Shown here one piece after another: positions 1-9,665 of a stretch of 48,093 nucleotides of DNA. This DNA is from Planctomycetota bacterium. Its GTDB lineage: Bacteria; Planctomycetota; UBA1135; UBA2386. Under the pieces are notes generated by a model. It did no database searches, was not told the DNA's origin, and saw only the letters and a program-made list of their open reading frames with translations. The stretch's first letter is position 1, and each line of letters begins with the position of its first letter. The stretch covers positions 1 to 48,093 of the forward strand of contig CANMWZ010000035.1 in NCBI GenBank assembly GCA_947501605.1. The letters run 5' to 3'. The translations under genes and the position numbers were made by a program.

Positions 1-507
1 GAAGGCGAGGTCCCTGCCGGTCACCTGCTTGGTGAAGGCGTAGATCTGGCCGCTGTGGCCGCTCATGTGCTCCATCACGTGCAGGATGGCGGCGAGGCCG
101 GTCTCACGGTAGCGCTGCTGGATGGTGCGTTCGCGCAGCAGTTCGTCGACGGACTGGGCATCGACGGCGGCGCAGGCCTCGTCGACTACCGTCGCGAGCC
201 TCAGCAGCAGGTCCTTGCCGGATGCGCCCGAAGTGGCGGCGAACTCCGCCGGTCGGTTGCGGTCGTCCGGGCGGCCGGCGAACGGGACCAGGATCCACTG
301 CGTGATGTTGCCAGCGAGGTGCAGCAGCAGATTGCCGACCGAGTTGCAGTTGGGTGCTGGCCGGCGCCAGACATCCGGCTCGGTGAGCAGGTCGAGGCAG
401 CGACCGAGGCGCGGAACGTACTCGCCCTGCAAGCGGCGGCGAAACTCGGCCTTCACTCCGCCGGCGAGTTGCTCGGCGGCAGAGGGGTTCGCGACGGGCG
501 GGACCAT
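1..507 (-). CDS. DinB/DUF1572-like four-helix-bundle protein (3' end runs off the window)
   Basis: Manual translation from ATG 507 (not in the ORF track): MVPPVANP...VWRRPAPNCNSVGNLLLHLAGNITQW...DRNRPAEF...AILHVMEHMSGHSGQI. The NSxGNLxxHL and HxxxH motifs are DinB-like. Frame stays open to position 1. Confidence 0.8.
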   Translation of the reverse strand, partial: MVPPVANPSAAEQLAGGVKAEFRRRLQGEYVPRLGRCLDLLTEPDVWRRPAPNCNSVGNLLLHLAGNITQWILVPFAGRPDDRNRPAEFAATSGASGKDLLLRLATVVDEACAAVDAQSVDELLRERTIQQRYRETGLAAILHVMEHMSGHSGQIYAFTKQVTGRDLAF

Positions 508-578
508 GGGGGCGGAGAGGTTAGGCCCTGGTGGGGGAGTAGGACCAGCCCCTCCACCCCCCCAGACCGGAGATCCAC

Positions 579-2261
579 TCACTGCGAGAGGTGCAGGAGT
601 TGGCGGGCGAAGTCGATCTCGTAGCGCGCGCGCAGGACGAGGCCGATAGTGCCTGCGGTTTCGAGGTGAGCCCGTTGGTTGCGCGATTCGACAGTGGGGT
701 CACCAACGATCGTCGGAAGCAACATCGGCAGCCCACCGAACACGAGCGGTCGCGGCGGTGCCACTTCGATCGTGCGACTCTCCTCGCCGCTGATGGAGAC
801 TTGGGTTCCGGCTCGACCCGCAAGCTGGCCGAACTCCTCGACCAGGACTCTTGTCGACACGAACACGGCGCTGGCGCCCGTGTCGAACAAAAACGTGCGA
901 GGCGTGCTGCCCTGGAAGTGGGCCGGCACCAGCAGCTGGTTGCTGCACAATTGGAATGGAATCGTGGCACCGTTCCCTCGGCGCGCCGAGGGAGTCGCCA
1001 ACGATTGGAACCGACAGGTTTCGCGCGCGGTGTCGATCGTCACGGTGAAGTGGCGCAAGGTCGCAGTGCCGATGGTCGCAAGCACGCCGGGCGCGTGGGC
1101 TGCAACCTGGGTGCGGTCCAGCAGCGCCGGCACGTTCGAGATGTCCAGGTCCCCGAGCACTAGATGATCGAGAATTCCGCTGCCGATAGGGCTCGTTCCG
1201 GCGACCCCCGACATCCATGCAGTTCCATCGGTTGCATGGGCAAGTTCGGCGGCCATTGGGCCAAGGATGGTATTCGAGGCGCCGCAGTCGAGGACGACGA
1301 GGCCGTCCAGTTGCTTGCCGCGGCCGCGCAGCGTGCAGCGCACTGCAGGCAACGGGAGTAGCTGCAACGGTAGGAGCGTCCCTTCCGGCGCGAGCTTGCA
1401 CGCCAGTGGTTCTCGTTCGCCGAGCATCTGCGCGATCGCGAGGTTCGTTTCCAGGTACGGTCGCTTCCCTTGCTCGTCGATCACGAAAGCAAGTGAGCGT
1501 TGCAGCCAACTTCTCGCGACGGCAAATCGGCTGGCGTCGACGAGCACGCACGCTAGCGCGAAGGCGATCAGTGGTTCGTCGGAGTCCAAGCTTGCCGCGT
1601 GCTCGAGCTCCGCGATTGCTGCTGTCAGGTCGCCGCGTGCCGCGGTGGCGCGCGCGCGCCCGAGAAGGGCGAGGGGGACTCGGTCGCTCGTTGCGAGCGC
1701 AGACTGAGCGAGCCGCAAGCCTTCGGCTGCTCGCCCTTGTTCGTACCGAACTGCGGAGAGCAAGCCCAAGGCGAATGGATCCCCTTCTGCGATGGCCAGC
1801 GCCGCATTCGCTAGCTCTTCAGCCCGGATCCAATTCCCGAGCCACAGGAGGCGTCGCCCCAGATCGAGGATTGCGCCAACGTCACCGGGATGGTCGAGGA
1901 GTGCACCGTGCGCTCTTTGCTCCAAATGGTTGGCTAGAGCAACCTCCTTCTGCTCCAGGCCGTGCACCGTGCCCGCAGTCGGCCAAGTCTGGCGATTGAC
2001 GACCGGGACGACGCGATGTGTTAGTGGGCGCAGGAGTCGTTGCTCGGCTGCGGCACTTCGTCGCTCTCCTGTGGCAACACCGTGTGCACTCTCCATCCCT
2101 GGATCCGAGCCCCAGATGAACCACGATGCGGTGGCCAACACAATCGCGGCGCAGCCGACACGCACGGTCAGATTTCGCACGAGGTGAGGCATCGCTGCGC
2201 ATGGCGCTCGGGGAGCGTGCTCGGCATTTCGTTGTGGGGCAGACGAGTGACGAGACTGCAC
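579..2261 (-). CDS. TPR-repeat protein with two tandem retropepsin-like aspartyl protease domains; N-terminal hydrophobic anchor
   Basis: Ala/Leu-rich TPR-like helices followed by VVLDCGASNT and FLFDTGASAV motifs, each with a downstream I-G-x-x-x-L...D strand. Start may be ATG 2192. Confidence 0.8.
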   Translation of the reverse strand: MQSRHSSAPQRNAEHAPRAPCAAMPHLVRNLTVRVGCAAIVLATASWFIWGSDPGMESAHGVATGERRSAAAEQRLLRPLTHRVVPVVNRQTWPTAGTVHGLEQKEVALANHLEQRAHGALLDHPGDVGAILDLGRRLLWLGNWIRAEELANAALAIAEGDPFALGLLSAVRYEQGRAAEGLRLAQSALATSDRVPLALLGRARATAARGDLTAAIAELEHAASLDSDEPLIAFALACVLVDASRFAVARSWLQRSLAFVIDEQGKRPYLETNLAIAQMLGEREPLACKLAPEGTLLPLQLLPLPAVRCTLRGRGKQLDGLVVLDCGASNTILGPMAAELAHATDGTAWMSGVAGTSPIGSGILDHLVLGDLDISNVPALLDRTQVAAHAPGVLATIGTATLRHFTVTIDTARETCRFQSLATPSARRGNGATIPFQLCSNQLLVPAHFQGSTPRTFLFDTGASAVFVSTRVLVEEFGQLAGRAGTQVSISGEESRTIEVAPPRPLVFGGLPMLLPTIVGDPTVESRNQRAHLETAGTIGLVLRARYEIDFARQLLHLSQ

Positions 2262-2374
2262 AGGCTAGAGCGAGGACGCGGCCGGAGTCCACGTCCCTTC
2301 GAAGCCTGTGGTGGGTCGCTCACGTTGACGCAGAGGCGCTTGCTGTAGCGCCCCAGCTTTCACGCGACCTGTTC

Positions 2375-3859
2375 CTACTGCCGCTCTCTCAGCACCGGCG
2401 AGCGCACCACGTCCAACTGCACCTGGTCGACGGCCATCTCGGCTCGCGCCCCAGCCCCGATCTCGCCGATCACCGTGACGCGCACCTGCCGTTCCAGCGT
2501 CACGTGCGCCAAGCTCTGCGTCGTGAAGGTGAGCGTGCGCATGCCGGTGCCGGGGTTGACCACCTCCGCGACGGTGTCAAAGCGCTCCCCCACAGGGTTG
2601 AACAGCGAGGTGCGCAGCGTCGTGTTCGCATCGCTGCGCGACACTCGCGCCGTGATCCGCGCGCGGATCGCGACAATCTCGCCGGGCGTCGCGCCAGGCA
2701 GCGTGTAGCGGCAGTTGATGCCGGCAATCTCGTGATCCAGAAAGGTGTCTGTCGCGATGACCATCGATTGGTTGTCTTCGCTGGCGAGTTGGTTCTTGCC
2801 GCCTTGCGTGACGGCCCCAGCACTCAGCTGCAACTGCAGCGAACTCAGCGGCAGCGTCTCGGTCAGGGCCTCGACGGGCGCCTGCACCATGGCCGGAAAC
2901 ACATCGACGCCGTGCAGGACCCAGTTTTCGCCGGGCTCGATCAATCGCGGGTTGGTGCCACCGGCGTCGAGCATCGACAGTCGCAGGCCCTGTCGCCCTT
3001 GCCCAGGTTGGGCGATGCCGCAGACGATGCGGTCGGCGGTCGGCGCGTAGCGTGGCATGCGGACTTCGCCTTGGGGGTCGAATAGCAGCGACTCGACGCC
3101 GCTCGCGATGTCGATGGACCAAAGCCGGGAGAACCCCGTCGCCGTCACGTCGACAAACGCGACGGAGTTGCCATCCGGCGTGAAGCACGGCTCGTGCACG
3201 CCGAGGTTTGCCGTCGTGGCCGAGCGCGCGCCGCCCAACGGAGCGAGGCCGGTGCCGTTGCCATTCACCAAGAACAGTCGGCTGCTGCCGGCCTGTCGGC
3301 GCACAAACACGATGCGATCTGTCGTGCGCGACCAATCGGCTTCGGTGTCCTCGACCCCAGGGTCGGCCGCAAGGAAGGGCTGTGGGTTCAGCCCGTTGGC
3401 GCCACACGTCCAGAGACGGCGATCGCCAGCGCGCGCGGTCGAGAACAACAGGGTGTTGCCGTCGGGCGACCAGCACGGATTCTCATCGGCCCCGGGCTCA
3501 ATGGTGAGGCGCGTCTCGGGTGCGGCGCCCGTGCGCCAGGCGACGTAGAGATCACTCGTGGTGGAGTTGCTTGGCGTGCTCTGGCGCACGAAGGCTAGGC
3601 GATCCCCGTCAGGGTGCACGCGGACCTGCAGTTCGCGGCCGCTGCGCTCGGCGATGCGCGCGGTGCCGAGGTTGCGTGCGGTACGCAGCGCGAGTTCGGC
3701 GGTGTTCGTCGAGGTCGGGCTGGCGCGGCAGAAGGCCAGTTCGGTGGGCAGGCCGTTGCCATTGTTCGCAGTCGTCGTCGACGTTGCGGGCGCGCAACCG
3801 AGCAACAACATGGGCAGGGCGAGAAGGGAGCGCGTCGGCAGAGGGCGTGGGGCAGGCAC
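2375..3859 (-). CDS. TolB-like PD40 beta-propeller lipoprotein with C-terminal beta-sandwich
   Basis: Lipobox-like LLLGC; repeats HPDGDRLAF, WSPDGNTLLF, FTPDGNSVAF, YAPTADRIV. Start GTG 3859 chosen from a TAGCAT box 7 nt upstream. Confidence 0.8.
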   Translation of the reverse strand: MPAPRPLPTRSLLALPMLLLGCAPATSTTTANNGNGLPTELAFCRASPTSTNTAELALRTARNLGTARIAERSGRELQVRVHPDGDRLAFVRQSTPSNSTTSDLYVAWRTGAAPETRLTIEPGADENPCWSPDGNTLLFSTARAGDRRLWTCGANGLNPQPFLAADPGVEDTEADWSRTTDRIVFVRRQAGSSRLFLVNGNGTGLAPLGGARSATTANLGVHEPCFTPDGNSVAFVDVTATGFSRLWSIDIASGVESLLFDPQGEVRMPRYAPTADRIVCGIAQPGQGRQGLRLSMLDAGGTNPRLIEPGENWVLHGVDVFPAMVQAPVEALTETLPLSSLQLQLSAGAVTQGGKNQLASEDNQSMVIATDTFLDHEIAGINCRYTLPGATPGEIVAIRARITARVSRSDANTTLRTSLFNPVGERFDTVAEVVNPGTGMRTLTFTTQSLAHVTLERQVRVTVIGEIGAGARAEMAVDQVQLDVVRSPVLRERQ

Positions 3860-4051
3860 GTGGGGGATGCTACGAGAAGGGAAGGGGAGCGGAAGACGCA
3901 CGCGCGGCGGTGCGGCTATTCGGTTGGTGGCTTCCAGGTAGGTACTCCGTGTTGCCCTTCCTGTTGCCTTTCCTGGTCGCCGTGGCGTCTTGCGCCCGAC
4001 CCACCGGCATGGAATGCAAACTTCGGAGTCACCCCACTAGTCTCACGCCGC

Positions 4052-5089
4052 GTGCACGTCACCGAGTTCGACTTCGAGTTGCCCACGTCTTCGATCGCGA
4101 CCACGCCGATGGAGCCGCGCGACCGTTCGCGCCTGTGCGTCGTCGATCGCCACAGCGGAACCCAGACCCACGCGGTGTTTGCCGACCTGCCGGGTTTTTT
4201 GCGGGCCGGCGACTTGCTCGTGCGCAACGACACGCGGGTGCGACCGTGGCGGTTGTGTGGGCGAAGGGCGACGGGGGGGCGGGTCGAGTGCCTCATCCTG
4301 GAGTTGCGTGGCGACCAGGGTGAGGGGTTCGTCAAGCCGAGCAAGAAGCTCGCGCCCGGCGACGAGGTGGCGATGGAAGAGGGCGCGATCACGCTGTGCT
4401 TGCGCGAGTCACTTGGCGGTGGGCGATGGCGCTTTTCGCTGCGGGCCGATGGTGGTGACGTGAATGCCGCGCTCGAGGTGCACGGTCGCGCGCCGTTGCC
4501 GCCCTACATCGAGCGCACCGGCAACGAGGACAAGGCGGTGGATCGCGAGCGGTATCAGACCGTGTTTGCGCGCGTGCCGGGCGCCGTCGCGGCACCTACA
4601 GCCGGCTTGCACTTCACCGAGGCGGTGTTTGCCAACCTGCGCGAGCGCGGCGTCGAGATCGCCTCGGTCACGCTGCACGTCGGCGAAGGCACGTTTGCGC
4701 CACTGCGCAGCGACGTCGTCGAAGAGCACCGCATGCACGCCGAGGACTACGAATTGCCCGAAGCGACGGCACAAGCGATCGCCGCGACGCGCGCTCGCGG
4801 CGGTCGCATCGTCGCGGTCGGCACGACGAGTTGCCGCACGCTGGAGACGTGCGCCAACGACGACGGCACCGTGACTGCAGGCCGCGGCAGCTCGGCTTTG
4901 TATCTCTACCCGGGGCGCCCGTTCCGCGTGGTTGACGCACTGCTCACCAACTTCCATCTGCCGAAGTCGACGCTGCTGATGCTGGTCGCCGCGTTCGTCG
5001 GTCGCGAACGGATCCTCGCGGTCTACCGCGATGCGATCGCGCGCGGCTATCGGTTCTACTCGTACGGGGACGCGATGCTGCTCGTGTGA
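4052..5089 (+). CDS. queA: S-adenosylmethionine:tRNA ribosyltransferase-isomerase
   Basis: FDFELP...IA, NDTRV, PLPPYI, YQTVFA..PGAVAAPTAGLHFT, LHVGEGTF, VGTT, TNFHLPKSTL, YRFYSYGDAML. Start GTG 4052. Confidence 0.97.
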   Translation: MHVTEFDFELPTSSIATTPMEPRDRSRLCVVDRHSGTQTHAVFADLPGFLRAGDLLVRNDTRVRPWRLCGRRATGGRVECLILELRGDQGEGFVKPSKKLAPGDEVAMEEGAITLCLRESLGGGRWRFSLRADGGDVNAALEVHGRAPLPPYIERTGNEDKAVDRERYQTVFARVPGAVAAPTAGLHFTEAVFANLRERGVEIASVTLHVGEGTFAPLRSDVVEEHRMHAEDYELPEATAQAIAATRARGGRIVAVGTTSCRTLETCANDDGTVTAGRGSSALYLYPGRPFRVVDALLTNFHLPKSTLLMLVAAFVGRERILAVYRDAIARGYRFYSYGDAMLLV

Positions 5090-5102
5090 CCGAGTGCTGT
5101 CG

Positions 5103-5702
5103 TCAGAGCGCGGCGCGCAACTCGGCCGCCGCCGCTTCAGGGTCGTCGGCGCGCAGGATTGCGCTGCACACCGCGATGCGGCGGATGCCGAGGCCGTAGA
5201 GCCGGCGGACGTTGTCGGGGCGGATCCCGCCGATCGCGAACAACGGCAGTTTGCAGGCGAACGCCGCGGCCTCGATCACTGCCGGGTCGAGGCCGTGCTC
5301 GTAGCCTTTCGTCGCGGTCGGGAAGCACGGGCCGAAACCGACGTAGTCGGCGCCCGCGCGCGTCGCCGCCTCGATCTGGGTCGTGTCGTGCGTGCTCACG
5401 CCGAGCCACAAACGACCGAGCAACTTGCGAGCGGCTTCCGCCGGCAGATCATCCTGGCCGACGTGCGCACCGCGGGCGTGGCCGCGGATCGCCAGCATGA
5501 CCTCGTCGTTGACCACGATCGGCACGCCGTGTTGCTGGCAGAGGTCGCGGCAGGCCCGAAAACCGGCGTCGTCCGGTTCCTTGCTGCGCCACTGCACGAG
5601 ATCGACTCCGCCGCGAAGTGCTGCTTCGAGCGCGCGCCAAGGGCGGGGCCCCGCCATCGACGGAGTGAACAGGAGGTAGAGCTTGTGGCCTTGCAGCGAC
5701 AT
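5103..5702 (-). CDS. thiE: Thiamine-phosphate synthase
   Basis: GVDLVQWRSK, IVVND, GAHVGQDD, GVSTH, ADYVGFGPCFPTATK, FAIGGI. Start ATG 5702. Confidence 0.93.
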   Translation of the reverse strand: MSLQGHKLYLLFTPSMAGPRPWRALEAALRGGVDLVQWRSKEPDDAGFRACRDLCQQHGVPIVVNDEVMLAIRGHARGAHVGQDDLPAEAARKLLGRLWLGVSTHDTTQIEAATRAGADYVGFGPCFPTATKGYEHGLDPAVIEAAAFACKLPLFAIGGIRPDNVRRLYGLGIRRIAVCSAILRADDPEAAAAELRAAL

Positions 5703-5807
5703 CGAGGCGGACACCGTAGCGAACGCCGAGCGCCGGAGCGATTCCTGCGCCGGCAAGCTCTGTGCGGTAGCAGCAGGGCGCGGTCCGGCGTAGGGTTCCA
5801 CGTCCTC

Positions 5808-6428
5808 GTGTTCCCGGATCTGTTTCTCCCCAACGCGGCGATCTTCGCGATCGGCATCGTGGTCGCATTCTGGCTTCTCCGCAGCGGCCTGGTGCTGTTT
5901 GGGGCGTTGGTGTTTGCCGGTACCGCTCTCGGCGCCGACTTGGCGCTGGTCGCGCGGTTCGTCTATCAGCAGCACGACGAGTGGTACTTGGTCGGATTGT
6001 GGGGCATGCAGGTTTTGGCAGTCGGTTCAGCCGCTTGGTTGGCCTTCGCGCTGTCGCGGAAGCGTTGGTCGGCGGATTCCCGTCGGCGCTTCGAGCTGAT
6101 GCAGGCCGCGTTTCAGCACTATCTGCGCGATGAGTTGGGCCCGGCGCGCGACCTCTACGCGCGAGCGCACCGCGCCAACCCGTGGGACACTGCCGCAGTG
6201 ATCGGCCTTGCCAATGTGCGCTGGCGGCAAGGGCAGTTGCCGCGGGCGCGGTCCTTGCTTCTGCGGGCTCGGCGACTTGATCGGGACGGGGCCTATGCCG
6301 GCTTTGTCGATGAGCAGAAGCGGCGCTTTGCGGCCGGTTCGCCGCGAGTGCCGATGCGGGCTGCCGCCACGGCAACCGCGGGCCCCGAACCAGCGGTGGC
6401 CGTGAATCGCGATGTGGTTACTCGCTGA
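5808..6428 (+). CDS. Membrane protein (about 3 TM segments) with C-terminal TPR
   Basis: Three hydrophobic segments then ARDLYARAHRANPWDTAAVIGLANVRW TPR-like helices. 3' part of ORF 5031..6428; start GTG inferred. Confidence 0.7.
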   Translation: MFPDLFLPNAAIFAIGIVVAFWLLRSGLVLFGALVFAGTALGADLALVARFVYQQHDEWYLVGLWGMQVLAVGSAAWLAFALSRKRWSADSRRRFELMQAAFQHYLRDELGPARDLYARAHRANPWDTAAVIGLANVRWRQGQLPRARSLLLRARRLDRDGAYAGFVDEQKRRFAAGSPRVPMRAAATATAGPEPAVAVNRDVVTR

Positions 6429-6761
6429 TCCGCGCCTGCTCGCTGCGATCGGCCAGTTCCTGGCGCGCTGGCAGCGGGGCGTCCTTCTTCCGCGGTGCGA
6501 CACGGAACGTCGCGAACAGCCTCGCCGTCCCTACGCGATCGCATCGTGCCATCGCGCCCGGCGCCCGAACCGAACTCGGCGTCGCGCAACGGCAGCCGCA
6601 AGCAGGGCTGCGGCGGAGCCGACCGTCCTGATTTTCGATCGCGGAGGCCGAGCCGCGCGCCGGCCCGTTGGGATAGCCTGATTAGAATCTGCACCTGTCA
6701 GTGGGAGCCTCGCATCCGGTGCGTTTTCCCGCCGCCCCCACTCGGTATCAGGAACGTATCA

Positions 6762-8420
6762 ATGTCCCAGACCCCATTCGCGCTCCCTCCGAGGTTGCTG
6801 TCTCTCGCCGCTGCAGCCGCCTTTGGTTCCGCCCTCTGTGCCCAGGCTCTCCAGCCGCCGCCCGTGCCCGCGGGCAATCCCATCACGCCGGCGAAGACTG
6901 TGCTCGGCAAGATCCTGTTCTGGGAAGAACAGATGTCGAGCAACAACCGCGTGTCCTGCGGCACCTGCCACAAGACCGAGATCGGCGGTGGCGACAACCG
7001 TCGCGCGCCGCATCCTGGCGCCGATGGCATCCAGCCGTCTCCGGACGACACCACGGGTTCGCCGGGCGTGCCCAACAGCCGGGTCGACAACACCTACGAA
7101 CCCGACGCCCTGTTCGGCCTCGGCGACCAAGTCACGAACCGCGCGTCGCCGAGCTTCCTCACCGGCGGCTACTTCCCTGAACTGTTCTGGGACGGCCGCG
7201 CCCGGGCGCAGTTCATCGATCCCGAGACCGGCACCGTGCGCCTCGTCACCGGTGGCGCGCTCGAGAGCCAAGCGGTCGGCCCGGTGCTGAGTGACGTCGA
7301 GATGGCGCACGACCTGCGCACCTGGGGCGAGGTCCGCACCAAGCTGCGCGACGCACGACCGATGGCGCTTGCGACCAACGTGCCGCCGGACATGCAGGCC
7401 GCGATCGCAGCCAACCCGAGCTATCCGCTGCTGTTCACTGCCGCGTTCGGGGATTCGACCATCTCCGCCGAGCGCATCGCCTTGGCGATCGCGACCTACG
7501 AGCGCAGCCTCGTGCCGGACCAGACCCCGTGGGACCAGTTCCAGCGCGGTGTCCCAGGGGCACTGACCCAGGGTCAGATCAACGGCATGAACGGCTTCAA
7601 TGGGCCGGCTCGCTGCAACCTCTGCCACGTGGCGCCCCTGTTCAGCGACCGTCAGTTCCGCAACCTCGGCCTGCGGCCGATTGCCCAGGACCTCGGCCGT
7701 CAGGGCGTGACCGGCAACGTCGTCGATGGCGGTCGCTTCAAGGTCCCGAGCCTGCGCAACGCGGGTCTGCGCGGCACCTTCATGCACACCGGCCAGTTCA
7801 CCAGCCTGAACCAAGTCATCGGTTTCTACATCGGTGGCGGTGGCCCGAACCAAGTCAACAAGGACCAACTGCTGCAGCCGCTGCAGCCGCCGCCCCCGCC
7901 GCAGGCGGTCGCGGACCTGATCGACTTCGTCAGCAATGCGCTGACCGATCCGCGCGTGCGCAATCGGCAGTTCCCGTTCGATCGGCCGACGCTCGCAAGC
8001 GAGCGCATCCCGCCCCAGGGCTTCACCTACGGGCTCGGCACAGCCGGGAGCGGCGGTGTGATCCCGACCGTGCTCGCAGCAGTTCCGGCCAACATCGGCA
8101 ACGTCGACTTCAAGGTCGGCATCGGCGCGGCTCGCGGCGGTGCTCCGGCCGTGCTTGCGGTCGGCACCGCGGCAGCGCTGCCGGGGACCACGTTTGCCAA
8201 CGTCAACCTCAACATCGCCCTGCCGGAGTTGTCGCAGATCCCAGTGCTGCTGGAAGGTCCGGCGGGCCAAGCTGGTCGCGGTTTCGGCACGATCCTGTTC
8301 CCGCTGCCGCCCGAGCCGCTGCTGATTGGTGGCACGCTGTTCGTGCAGTGGTTCGTGGTCGACGCGGGCGCGGTCTTCGGCGCCGCGAGTTCTCGTGGCT
8401 CGGAGCTGCGCTTCTTCTGA
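6762..8420 (+). CDS. Secreted di-heme cytochrome c peroxidase/MauG-family protein with extra C-terminal domain
   Basis: Signal peptide (...ALCAQ); two CxxCH motifs (CGTCH, CNLCH); LGKILF, LFWDGRA, FKVPSLRN, FMHTG. Confidence 0.92.
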   Translation: MSQTPFALPPRLLSLAAAAAFGSALCAQALQPPPVPAGNPITPAKTVLGKILFWEEQMSSNNRVSCGTCHKTEIGGGDNRRAPHPGADGIQPSPDDTTGSPGVPNSRVDNTYEPDALFGLGDQVTNRASPSFLTGGYFPELFWDGRARAQFIDPETGTVRLVTGGALESQAVGPVLSDVEMAHDLRTWGEVRTKLRDARPMALATNVPPDMQAAIAANPSYPLLFTAAFGDSTISAERIALAIATYERSLVPDQTPWDQFQRGVPGALTQGQINGMNGFNGPARCNLCHVAPLFSDRQFRNLGLRPIAQDLGRQGVTGNVVDGGRFKVPSLRNAGLRGTFMHTGQFTSLNQVIGFYIGGGGPNQVNKDQLLQPLQPPPPPQAVADLIDFVSNALTDPRVRNRQFPFDRPTLASERIPPQGFTYGLGTAGSGGVIPTVLAAVPANIGNVDFKVGIGAARGGAPAVLAVGTAAALPGTTFANVNLNIALPELSQIPVLLEGPAGQAGRGFGTILFPLPPEPLLIGGTLFVQWFVVDAGAVFGAASSRGSELRFF

Positions 8421-8672
8421 TCCGCGGATAGCAGAAGCTCGCACAGTTGCGGCCTAGTTCCTCTGCGGAGGAGCCGGGCCGCAGTCGTTTGGCGGGGCTT
8501 GCAGCTCGCGGAAAACGCGCCTTGCCTCCGCGCTCGGCCCTCGTGCCGATCTCCGCGCCGTGCGGACGGAGTCGAATCCCGGGTTTCGGTGCTCCTGGCA
8601 CGTAAGACCTCGACCCGCCTGCCGAATGGTCGGCGCCGGCGCTGTTCTCTAGCGGGCTGCTACCATGCGGCG

Positions 8673-9650
8673 ATGCTCGCTCTGTTCGCCGCCGTGCTCC
8701 TGCCGCAGTTGCCGCCGCAACCCATCGCTCCACGCGAAGTCGAATCGCCCGCACTCGTCGCGGCGGCGATCCCGGAGGGCTCGTCGGATCGCACGCTCCG
8801 TGTCGGCGATCACGACCTGCAGGTCTATCTGCACCGCCCGGCTTCGTGGCGGGGCACTCGGATGCTGTTCGTGCTGCACGGCGTGCTGCGCAATGCGGAC
8901 GAGTACCGCGACCACGCGATGGCGATGGGCGTGCGGTTTGACGCGCTGATCGTCGCCCCCAAGTTCGACAGTGAGCGATTTCCCAGTCGGGCCTACCAGC
9001 GCGGCGGCATCTTGCGCGAGGACGGCAGCGCGGCGCCACCCAAGGAGTGGACCTATGCGCTGATCCCTCAACTCGCGGGGAGCGTGCGCGCCATCGCAGG
9101 TCGCCAGAGCTTGCCCTACTGGATCCTCGGCCACTCGGCGGGTGGCCAGTTCGTGATGCGCATGAGCGCGTTCCAGGACACTGGCGCCGAACGGCTGGTT
9201 GCGGCCAATCCTGGCACCGACCTGTTGCCGCTGCGAACGCGCCCGTTCGGGTATGGCTTTGGCGCACTTCCCGAGGAGCTCGCCAATGACACTCGCATCC
9301 GCCGCTACCTCGCCGCGCCGCTGTCGATCTACCTCGGCACCGCCGACGACGTCGCGGACGAGAACTTCGAGATCAGCGAAAACGGCATGGCGCAGGGTGC
9401 TGGTCGCCATCAACGAGGACTCGCGTGCTATTGGACCGGCAAGACCCTCGCCGAGAGCCGCGGCTGGGAGTTTGGCTGGCGGCTGGTCGAGGCGCCGGGC
9501 ATTGGCCACGACCATCAACTCATGTTCGACCACCCGAACTGTGAGCAGGCGCTGTTCGGAACGGGTGGACTCGAGGCCCCGGCACCGAAGTCCGGTCTGC
9601 CGGCGGCGGAGGAGAAGCCAAAGGAGCCCGCGCCAGCTCGCAAGCACTGA
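8673..9650 (+). CDS. Secreted alpha/beta hydrolase
   Basis: LFVLHG, nucleophile elbow GHSAGGQ, LGTAD and GIGHD acid/His motifs; short signal peptide. Confidence 0.85.
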   Translation: MLALFAAVLLPQLPPQPIAPREVESPALVAAAIPEGSSDRTLRVGDHDLQVYLHRPASWRGTRMLFVLHGVLRNADEYRDHAMAMGVRFDALIVAPKFDSERFPSRAYQRGGILREDGSAAPPKEWTYALIPQLAGSVRAIAGRQSLPYWILGHSAGGQFVMRMSAFQDTGAERLVAANPGTDLLPLRTRPFGYGFGALPEELANDTRIRRYLAAPLSIYLGTADDVADENFEISENGMAQGAGRHQRGLACYWTGKTLAESRGWEFGWRLVEAPGIGHDHQLMFDHPNCEQALFGTGGLEAPAPKSGLPAAEEKPKEPAPARKH

Positions 9651-9665
9651 CGCCCGCGCCGGCGC

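Noticed and set aside
3614..4051. Long N-terminal extensions from the ORF track (queA, thiE, top6B, GDPD, ankyrin and others)
   Set aside because: They overlap neighbouring genes and precede the family-conserved starts.
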